NCBI GenBank assembly: GCA_035543295.1
Contig: DASZZS010000007.1
Span: forward strand, 13,886 to 77,885
From: Novosphingobium sp.
GTDB lineage: Bacteria > Pseudomonadota > Alphaproteobacteria > Sphingomonadales > Sphingomonadaceae
DNA: 64,000 nt
Direction: 5' to 3'
Part shown: positions 9,665 through 16,613 of the stretch, piece after piece
How positions within the stretch are numbered: the stretch's first letter is position 1
Layout of the letters: each line of letters opens with the position of its first letter
Made by a program: the position numbers and the translations under genes
The notes under the pieces: model-generated
Seen by the model: the letters and a program-made list of their open reading frames with translations, nothing else
What the model was told of the DNA's origin: nothing
Database searches by the model: none

Positions 9665-9689
9665 AACGAGGTGCCCGAAGAGTGGTTCC
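9665..9689 (-). promoter_or_regulatory. EcfG (sigma-EcfG) type promoter, GGAAC-N16-CGTT
   Basis: On the minus strand, GGAAC is at 9689-9685, followed by a 16-nt spacer and CGTT at 9668-9665. It lies in an intergenic region and faces away from phyR. Confidence 0.6.
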
Positions 9690-9782
9690 CGCGCGCCAAA
9701 ACTTTTTTCGCACACCCTGTTTGCACCGCGCCAGACAGCGATTATCATCGCAAAACAGCGCGATCTGCCCCGCGCCTTGCAG

Positions 9783-9807
9783 GGAACCGTTGACCGCGCC
9801 GCGCGTT
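9783..9807 (+). promoter_or_regulatory. EcfG-type promoter of phyR, GGAAC-N16-CGTT
   Basis: GGAAC at 9783-9787, a 16-nt spacer, CGTT at 9804-9807, 45 nt upstream of the phyR ATG. phyR autoregulation through EcfG is established for the alphaproteobacterial GSR. Confidence 0.75.
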
Positions 9808-9851
9808 GACCAGAAAGTGCGCCTGCGGGCGCTCGAGAGGGAAGGGTAAGA

Positions 9852-10646
9852 ATGACACTTGGCACCCAAGTTGCCGTACAACTTCCGTATCTGCGCCGCT
9901 ACGCCCGGGCGCTGACTGGCTCGCAGAGCACCGGAGACGCCTTTGTTCGCGCGACGCTCGAAGCCGCGCTGGCCGATCCCGAGTTGCAAGAGTCGCTGGC
10001 TGGCGGACGCGTGCCGCTCTACCGCGCGTTCAACAAGGTCTGGGCGAGTGCCTATGTCGAGGTTGGCAACGACGATGGCGACGGCGGTGACCATGAAACC
10101 GCGGTCCAGTCGCGCCTCGCCACCATCACCCCGCTCAATCGTCAGGCACTGCTCCTCACCACGCTTGAAGATTTTTCCGCCGAAGAGGCGGCCCAAGTGA
10201 TGGACCTTGCCCCCGATGCGATAGATTCGCTGGTTCAGGAAGCCGTTGACGAAATCGATCGCGAGTCGACCACCAGCGTCCTGATCATCGAGGATGAGCC
10301 GCTGATCGCGATGCAACTGGAAGATTTGGTCAAGACGCTGGGCCACGACATCTGCGGCACCGCCGCGACCCGCAGCCAAGCGCAGCAAGTGGTGGCCGAG
10401 CGCCGTCCCGGTTTGGTGCTGGCCGATATCCAGCTCGCCGATGGCAGCTCCGGGCTCGACGCGGTCGACGATATTTTGGCGATCGGCAGCGTCCCGGTGA
10501 TATTCATCACCGCGTTCCCCGAACGGCTGCTGACCGGCGACCGGCCGGAGCCGACGTACCTCATCACCAAACCGTTCCGCGAATCGACCGTCCGCGCGGC
10601 GATCAGCCAGGCGCTGTTCTTCGGCTCAAGCCGCCCGCTGAACTAG
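9852..10646 (+). CDS. phyR: PhyR anti-anti-sigma factor (sigma-like domain plus receiver domain)
   Basis: The N-terminal ECF-sigma-like half (LPYLRRYARALTGSQSTGDAFVRATLE...) is fused to a receiver domain (VLIIEDEPLIAMQLEDLV...LVLADIQLADGSSG...ITAFPERLL). This is the diagnostic PhyR architecture. Confidence 0.92.
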   Translation: MTLGTQVAVQLPYLRRYARALTGSQSTGDAFVRATLEAALADPELQESLAGGRVPLYRAFNKVWASAYVEVGNDDGDGGDHETAVQSRLATITPLNRQALLLTTLEDFSAEEAAQVMDLAPDAIDSLVQEAVDEIDRESTTSVLIIEDEPLIAMQLEDLVKTLGHDICGTAATRSQAQQVVAERRPGLVLADIQLADGSSGLDAVDDILAIGSVPVIFITAFPERLLTGDRPEPTYLITKPFRESTVRAAISQALFFGSSRPLN

Positions 10647-10681
10647 GGCGAGCAGCCTTAGAATCGTCATCCCGCGGCGGA

Positions 10682-12340
10682 CTAATCCCGGTCGGCGCGA
10701 ATCCGGAAGTTTACCGGCAGCCGCACCGGCACCAACAGCGTGCAATTCACCCCGCCCGGGTCGAACCGCAGGTCAACCGCGGTGCCCAGCTCATGCGCGA
10801 CGATCTTCTCGATCAGCTCGGTGCCGAAGCCGCGGCGGTTCCCGGCGACGACGGGGGGCCCGCCGCGCTCGGTCCAAACCACCCGGGCCAAGCCTTGCGT
10901 GACGAGGTCCCATTGCACTTCAACCGTCCCGGCAGGCACGCTCAACGCCCCGAATTTCGACGCGTTGGTCGCCAGCTCGTGGAGCGCCAGGCCAAGCGAC
11001 AGCGCATCGTTGGGCGCAATTTCGATCTGGGGGCCGCGCGTCACCACGGTTCCTTCAGCCCCGCCGAGGTAGGGAGCCAACTCGGCATCGACCACCGAGC
11101 GGATCGGGGTTGTGCCCCATTCCGACTGGGTCAGCAGATCGTGGGTTGCCGACAGCGCGCCGATCCGGCCCATCAGCGCCTCGCTGAATTCGTCGAGGTT
11201 GCTGGCTCTGCGCTTGGTCAGCGAGATGATCGACAGCACGTTCGCCAGCGTGTTTTTGACCCGGTGGTTGAGCTCGCGCATCAGCGAGTTGCGGATCGAC
11301 GCCTGCTGTTCGAACCAGGCCAGCGCGTTGCGGTCCTCGATCGCCTGGCGCGTGATCAGCCGGATGACGATCAGGATCATGGCAGCGGCCAGCAACCCGA
11401 ACAGCAGCGTCAGCACCGAAAGGCTGGACAGCCGGGCCGGCTTGGGCGCCTCGAGGCCAAGCGTCATTACCCGCCCCGCGATCGTCACCTTGTCATACCG
11501 CCAGACCCCGCCAGCGGGGCGCACTCCGACCTCGGCCAGCAGCCGGTCCGCGCGCGGTTCGCCGTCGAACAGGCGAGTCCCATAATTCGCGCGCTGGTCG
11601 TTCGTCAGCGCCGCGTTGAGCACGGTCTGCGCGGTGAACCCGCTATAGACAAAGCCCACCAGCTTGCTGTTGGATCCGTGCTGATCGAACACGGGCATGA
11701 ACATGAGGAACCCCGCGCGGTTGCCCATGTCCTGGTCCTGGATCAGTACAATTTTGCCGCTGGCGGTCGGCGTATTGCTGCGCGCCGCCAGGTCCATTGC
11801 GGCGCGCCGCACCGGTTCCGAATAGAGATCGTAGCCCATTGTAACCCGGTTGCGCGGGGTTTCCGGCTCGAGGATGGTCACCGGCACGCGCACCCCGTTG
11901 CCCGCGCCGCCCGCCGGGAATATCCGGTAGTCGGCATAGCCTTGGGCGCGCATCGCGGCGGTGAAGGCCGCCTCCTCACCCCGCACCAGCAGCTTTGCCC
12001 AGCCCATCCCCTCGGCGCTGTGAAAGTTGGGATCGCGGGACAATTGCTCGGTAAAGCGGCGAAACTGTTCGGACGAGATGCTCTCGCGCTCGGCAATCAA
12101 GGCCGCGCCGGCCAACAAATAGGCCGAATTGGAACTTGCCCGACGGTCGATGGCGGCGGTCACGGATTTGGCGACCTGCGCGACTTTCTCCTGCGCGCCC
12201 TGGGCCTCGACCCGCTCGATCGCGAAGACGCATAGTGCGGTCAGCGCCGCTGCCAGCAGGAAGGCGCCGGTGGGCAGCGCGCGCGGGAAACGGGCATACC
12301 AACGATTGGCTGCAACGCGCGCGGCGACCTTATTCTCCAC
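10682..12340 (-). CDS. CHASE-domain sensor histidine kinase of the HWE/HisKA2 type (candidate PhyR kinase)
   Basis: GTG start. Two TM helices flank a periplasmic CHASE-like domain (MGYDLYSEPVRRAAMDLAARSNTPTASGKIVLIQD). The H-box ELNHRVKNTLANVLSIISL is typical of HWE/HisKA_2 kinases. The gene is convergent with phyR. Confidence 0.85.
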   Translation of the reverse strand: MENKVAARVAANRWYARFPRALPTGAFLLAAALTALCVFAIERVEAQGAQEKVAQVAKSVTAAIDRRASSNSAYLLAGAALIAERESISSEQFRRFTEQLSRDPNFHSAEGMGWAKLLVRGEEAAFTAAMRAQGYADYRIFPAGGAGNGVRVPVTILEPETPRNRVTMGYDLYSEPVRRAAMDLAARSNTPTASGKIVLIQDQDMGNRAGFLMFMPVFDQHGSNSKLVGFVYSGFTAQTVLNAALTNDQRANYGTRLFDGEPRADRLLAEVGVRPAGGVWRYDKVTIAGRVMTLGLEAPKPARLSSLSVLTLLFGLLAAAMILIVIRLITRQAIEDRNALAWFEQQASIRNSLMRELNHRVKNTLANVLSIISLTKRRASNLDEFSEALMGRIGALSATHDLLTQSEWGTTPIRSVVDAELAPYLGGAEGTVVTRGPQIEIAPNDALSLGLALHELATNASKFGALSVPAGTVEVQWDLVTQGLARVVWTERGGPPVVAGNRRGFGTELIEKIVAHELGTAVDLRFDPGGVNCTLLVPVRLPVNFRIRADRD

Positions 12341-12431
12341 TCAATAGTGCCCTTGTTATCGGCCGGCAGCGAATGACCGGCCGGTGTCCCCCCGCACCGG
12401 TTATACAAAACCAGCATTAGCTATCGCTACG

Positions 12432-12456
12432 GGAACATTTCCGGATATTTTTCGTT
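12432..12456 (+). promoter_or_regulatory. EcfG-type promoter of nepR-ecfG, GGAAC-N16-CGTT
   Basis: GGAAC at 12432-12436, a 16-nt AT-rich spacer, CGTT at 12453-12456, about 150 nt upstream of nepR. Confidence 0.75.
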
Positions 12457-12491
12457 CCCGATTGCAACGTGTGACTTTTTCGTCCTTCTTG

Positions 12492-12545
12492 CGACCGGAA
12501 AGTCGTTATTCGACCGGGAAGTCGTTATTCGGTCGGGAAGTCAGG
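12492..12545 (+). repeat. 19-bp direct tandem repeat, about 2.7 copies, in the nepR leader
   Basis: CGACCGGAAAGTCGTTATT (12492-12510), CGACCGGGAAGTCGTTATT (12511-12529), and a partial third copy CGGTCGGGAAGTCAGG starting at 12530. Confidence 0.8.
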
Positions 12546-12603
12546 GGGGCACCGCACATCGTCAGGCGTGCAGGGCAAATGAAGGGACGGCGCGCGCAAA
12601 CCG

Positions 12604-12777
12604 ATGGCAGACAACAAGGCAAAATCTTCGATGCATACTGATACGTCCAGACGCGGTTCCGGCCGACAGCCCGAATGGGCGAAAGGCCTGCGCCAGTTGT
12701 ACGATTCGGTGGTCGACGAACCGCTGCCGGACAGCTTCGCCGATTTGATTGCCAAGCTGGATTCCGGCACCAAATGA
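12604..12777 (+). CDS. nepR: NepR anti-sigma factor (57 aa; absent from the supplied ORF track)
   Basis: Hand translation gives MADNKAKSSMHTDTSRRGSGRQPEWAKGLRQLYDSVVDEPLPDSFADLIAKLDSGTK. The core LRQLYDSVVDEPLPDSFADLIAKLD matches the conserved NepR helix pair. The stop overlaps the ecfG start (ATGA at 12774-12777). An alternative start lies at 12631. Confidence 0.85.
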   Translation: MADNKAKSSMHTDTSRRGSGRQPEWAKGLRQLYDSVVDEPLPDSFADLIAKLDSGTK

Positions 12778-13373
12778 CGGATCGCTCCGCGGCTACGGCC
12801 GCTGCATTCAAGCGCGAGATGCTGGCGGTCGTCCCGCATCTGCGCGCATTCGCCCGGGGCCTGTGCGGCCGCGCCGATGTGGCCGACGATCTCGTGCAGG
12901 AAACCCTGCTCAAGGCCTGGGCGGCGCAGGAGCGCTTCGAACCGGGCACCAGCATGCGCGCCTGGACCTTTGTGATCCTGCGCAACGCCTACCTCACCGA
13001 AATGCGCCGCAACCGCTTCCGCGGCGATTACGACGAAACCGTCGCCGAGCGCATCCTGGTCGCCCCGCCAGGGCAGGAAGGGCCGCTCCACCTCTCGGAC
13101 ATGCATCGCGCGCTGCTGACGCTGCCGCCCGAACGGCGCGAGGCGCTGTTGCTGATCGGCGCGGGCGGGTTCAGCTACGAGGAAGCCGCGCAAATTTGCG
13201 GTTGCGCGGTCGGCACGATCAAGAGCCGCGTCGGCCGTGCCCGCGCCACGCTGTCGGGCATGATCGAGGAAGGCGCGATTCCGCGTCGCTCGCTCGATGA
13301 CGCCGTCGCGCACACCGCGATCATGAGCGAACTTGAATCGGTATCGAATGGCGGTGGGCAAGGTTCGCGCTGA
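12774..13373 (+). CDS. ecfG: ECF sigma factor EcfG (general stress response sigma)
   Basis: MTDRSAATAAAFKREMLAVVPHLRAFARGLCGRADVADDLVQETLLKAW... covers region 2, and ...LPPERREALLLIGAGGFSYEEAAQICGCAVGTIKSRVGRAR covers region 4. It is translationally coupled to nepR. Confidence 0.9.
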   Translation: MTDRSAATAAAFKREMLAVVPHLRAFARGLCGRADVADDLVQETLLKAWAAQERFEPGTSMRAWTFVILRNAYLTEMRRNRFRGDYDETVAERILVAPPGQEGPLHLSDMHRALLTLPPERREALLLIGAGGFSYEEAAQICGCAVGTIKSRVGRARATLSGMIEEGAIPRRSLDDAVAHTAIMSELESVSNGGGQGSR

Positions 13374-13419
13374 GCGGGGGCGGGTTGATTGCGCGCGGTA
13401 TCGCGGCCACAAGAGGGCA

Positions 13420-14565
13420 ATGACCGATCCGACGCGCGATCCTGCGACTGCCCCGCATTTGCCGCTCCCGGTTGCCGATGAGCCGCAGCAGGTGCGCCTG
13501 ATCTCGGCGCTGGTGGTGGCACTGTGGCTCGGGCTGTTCCTGGCACTGCCGTTCGTGCTCGAGGCCGGTTCGATCATCTTCCTGCCATTCGTTGCGGCGG
13601 TCGTGCTGTCGATCGTGCTCTCCCCGCTCGCCGACCGGCTGGCGGCGTGGGGCGTACCCAACGTTGTTGCCTCGTTCCTCGCGCTCGCGCTCGCGCTGGC
13701 GCTGCTCGTGCTCACCATCGCGCTGATCCTCCAGCCGGCGCTCGACCTGTTCGACCGGGTGCCCGCGATGATTGCCAAGATCAGCAGCCAAGTCGCACAA
13801 ATGCGCAGCAATTTCGACTGGTTGAACGACCTCAATCGCCAGCTCGGCCGGCTTGGCGGACACACGCCCGCGCGCGAAGTGGTGGTCGCGAGCCCGTCGG
13901 TGATCGAGCAAGTCGCCTTCGCTACGCCCAGCGTGGTGGTCGAAGTATTGCTGACCTTGCTGGTGACATTTTTCATGATCGAAGCGCGGATGCGGATGCG
14001 GCGTCACCTGCTGCTCGACCGGGTGACGTTCGGCGCGAGCCTCAAGGCGGCGCGCACAATCCGCGATGTGCAGGACCGGGTTGCCTCGTACATCCTGACC
14101 GTCGCGCTCATAAATTTCTGCATGGGGGCGATCGTCGCCGCCGGGGCTTGGGCGCTGGGCATGGAAGCGCCGATCATGTGGGGCGGGCTCGCCGCGGTGC
14201 TCAACTTCCTGCCCTATATCGGTCCGCTGACGATGGTGTCGGTGCTCGCGCTGTTCAGTCTGGGCACCACCGACAATTTGCTGGTCGGCTTCATCCCTCC
14301 CGCAGCGTTTCTCGCGCTCCACACCGTCGAGGCCAATGTGGTAACCCCCTCGATCCTGGGGGCACGCTTCACGATGAATCCGGTGCTGATCCTGTTTTCG
14401 ATCAGCTATTTCTCGTGGATCTGGGGGATCACGGGGGCGCTGCTGTCGGTGCCGATCCTGATCACGCTAACCGCGCTGTTCGAGCATATCGGCACACCCA
14501 ACCTTGTCGGGTTCGTGTTCGGTGAGCCGCTGTTTGCGGTGCCTGACATAGAGAGCGAGGCTTAG
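13420..14565 (+). CDS. AI-2E family transporter (PerM/UPF0118)
   Basis: The ATG at 13420 follows AGAGGG. The protein is polytopic, with the characteristic ...AVLNFLPYIGPL... segment. Confidence 0.85.
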   Translation: MTDPTRDPATAPHLPLPVADEPQQVRLISALVVALWLGLFLALPFVLEAGSIIFLPFVAAVVLSIVLSPLADRLAAWGVPNVVASFLALALALALLVLTIALILQPALDLFDRVPAMIAKISSQVAQMRSNFDWLNDLNRQLGRLGGHTPAREVVVASPSVIEQVAFATPSVVVEVLLTLLVTFFMIEARMRMRRHLLLDRVTFGASLKAARTIRDVQDRVASYILTVALINFCMGAIVAAGAWALGMEAPIMWGGLAAVLNFLPYIGPLTMVSVLALFSLGTTDNLLVGFIPPAAFLALHTVEANVVTPSILGARFTMNPVLILFSISYFSWIWGITGALLSVPILITLTALFEHIGTPNLVGFVFGEPLFAVPDIESEA

Positions 14566-15173
14566 CCCGGATAAATCCAGCGCTCGGCGCGAGCGAGATT
14601 TGCCGCCGCAAACTCCCAGTCGAGCAAATCGGTGGTCACCGCCGCGAGGTATTTCGGCCGCTCGCTCTTGCGGTCGAGGTAATAGGCGTGCTCCCACAGG
14701 TCGATGGTGAGCAAGGGCAGCTTGCCCCGGTCGGCCAGTGTGTCGCCATCGTGGGTTTCCTCGATCGAGAGCGTGCCGTTGTCGCTGGCGAGCCAGACCC
14801 AGCCCGAGGCGAAATGCGCCGCGCCGCGCGCCGCCAGCTCGGCCTTGAGCCGCGCGAGCGAGCCGAAATCGCGATCGATCGCGGTGGCCAGACCGCCCGA
14901 AGGACTGGTCGGCTCCGGTGACAGGCTCAGCCAGTAGAACCCATGGTTCCAGGCCTGCGCCGCGTTGTTGAACAGCTTCTGGTCGTCCAGCCTCGCGGCG
15001 ACGACGATCGCTTCCAGCGGGCTGTCGGCCAATGCCGTTCCGGCGACGGCTTCATTGGTCTTGTCGACATAGGCCTGGTGGTGCTTGCCGTGATGGATCG
15101 CCAGCGTGTCGGCGGAAATCCCTGGAGCAAGCGCATCTTCGGCATAGGGCAGCGGAATCAGGGAAATCGGCAT
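14562..15173 (-). CDS. sodB: Superoxide dismutase, Fe type
   Basis: MPISLIPLPYAEDALAPGISADTLAIHHGKHHQAY... and FNNAAQAWNHGFYW (the Fe-type AxQxWNH context), plus DLWEHAYYLD. GGAG lies 6 nt upstream of the ATG at 15173. Confidence 0.9.
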   Translation of the reverse strand: MPISLIPLPYAEDALAPGISADTLAIHHGKHHQAYVDKTNEAVAGTALADSPLEAIVVAARLDDQKLFNNAAQAWNHGFYWLSLSPEPTSPSGGLATAIDRDFGSLARLKAELAARGAAHFASGWVWLASDNGTLSIEETHDGDTLADRGKLPLLTIDLWEHAYYLDRKSERPKYLAAVTTDLLDWEFAAANLARAERWIYPG

Positions 15174-15243
15174 GGCAGGCTCCGGCAATAAGAGGTTGCA
15201 TCCTCAACGCCCTATCGCCGGATCGGTTGCCCAGTCTTTTGCC

Positions 15244-16575
15244 TCAGTCGGTCGCGGCGCGCCGGTCAACCGTTGCGGTCACCGCCACGTCCATCGTCAC
15301 ATTGCCGACCGTGCGCATGATGTCGGGCAGCACCTCGACCGCCACCAGCAGTGCGAGCGGCCCGACCGGCACCCCCATGGCAATCGCGATCGGCCCGATC
15401 GCGGTGACAAAGCTGATCGCGCCGGGCAGTGAGACCGAGCCGATGGTGGTCAGCAGCGCGACCACCACCCCGGTCGCCAGCATCACCGGGGTCAGCTCCA
15501 TCCCCGCGAGCTTGGCGACGTAGATCGCCACCGCGAGGTTCATCGCCGGGCCGGTCGCGCGGAACAGCGCGACCGCCAGCGGCAGGACCAGCTCGCCGGT
15601 GGTGTCGCGCAGGCCCAGCGTTCGGCACGACACCAGCATGACCGGCAGGCTGGCGAGCGACGACTGGGTCGAGACCGCCATCGCCTGAGCGGGAAGCACC
15701 GCACGGGCGAAGCGCAGAAACCCCTGACGCGCGACCAGCATCGCGACCCCATAGGCCGCGACCAGCACCACCCCGCCCATCGCCGCGACGGTCAGGATAT
15801 AATGCAGCAACGCGCCCAGCGCCGCCGCGCCGCTTTCCCCCGCAACGGTCAGCGACAGCGCGAAGACGCCGAGCGGGGCGATCCACAGCACCCAGCCGAT
15901 CACCACCAACATCGCCCCGGTAATCGCCTCGAACAGCGTGGTCAGGTGACGGCGGTGCAAGTCCGGCAGGCGGGTGATGGCGAGCGCCAGCAGGCTGAAA
16001 AACACGATCACTCCCAGCATCGCGGTTTCGGCCGAGGCCTGGACGATGTTGGCCGGGACCAGCGATTTCATGAAATCGATGACCGACGGCACCGGTGCGG
16101 TGTCGCTCGCGGCCAGCCCGGCGCGGAGCGCGGCCGCCGCGCGTTCGGGGATCGGAAAACCTTCCAGCAGAGCCGGCATCGCGAAGGCAGCGAACACGGT
16201 GCCCGCAGTCAGAACCGCGGCGAACAGCGCCAGCGCGGTCACCGCCATCCGTCCGGCGCGCGCCGCAGCGACCGTCTGGACGATGCCGATCACCAGCAGC
16301 GAGGCCACGAGAGGCACGATCGTCATTTGCAGGGCGCGCAGCCACAGTGTGCCGATTACCTCGGCGGCGGGCAGCAGCCAGTCCGCGGCCGTGCTGCCCT
16401 CAAGCACGATGCCCAGCGCGAGCCCGGCGGCGAGTCCGCCCAGCGTCCACTTCACGGGCACCCTGATATCGGGAATGAAGCCGCTCGCGCGGCTGGCAGC
16501 GGAAGTATCGGTATCGGTCATAAGCGTGCGGCTCCCGGCACTTGCGAGCGTGACATTAGCGGCGCGCCGCGACAT
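15244..16575 (-). CDS. Dicarboxylate/amino acid:cation symporter (DAACS/GltP-DctA family)
   Basis: Polytopic 443-aa ORF with the DAACS pattern (SSLASLPVML..., AIGPIAIAMGVPVGPLALLVAVEVLPDIMRTVGNVTMD). The alternative start at 16521 has a better-spaced GGGAG. Confidence 0.85.
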   Translation of the reverse strand: MSRRAANVTLASAGSRTLMTDTDTSAASRASGFIPDIRVPVKWTLGGLAAGLALGIVLEGSTAADWLLPAAEVIGTLWLRALQMTIVPLVASLLVIGIVQTVAAARAGRMAVTALALFAAVLTAGTVFAAFAMPALLEGFPIPERAAAALRAGLAASDTAPVPSVIDFMKSLVPANIVQASAETAMLGVIVFFSLLALAITRLPDLHRRHLTTLFEAITGAMLVVIGWVLWIAPLGVFALSLTVAGESGAAALGALLHYILTVAAMGGVVLVAAYGVAMLVARQGFLRFARAVLPAQAMAVSTQSSLASLPVMLVSCRTLGLRDTTGELVLPLAVALFRATGPAMNLAVAIYVAKLAGMELTPVMLATGVVVALLTTIGSVSLPGAISFVTAIGPIAIAMGVPVGPLALLVAVEVLPDIMRTVGNVTMDVAVTATVDRRAATD

Positions 16576-16613
16576 AGCAATTTCCGGTTGTTTGGCACTC
16601 GGATGGTTGGGGC

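Noticed and set aside
12384-12641. 85-aa plus-strand ORF upstream of nepR
   Set aside because: It runs through the EcfG promoter and the 19-bp tandem repeat, and it is out of frame with nepR. It has no RBS and its translation is repeat-derived.
12525-13976. 483-aa minus-strand ORF across ecfG and the AI-2E transporter
   Set aside because: It is antisense to two motif-supported genes and spans their intergenic gap. No motifs are present.
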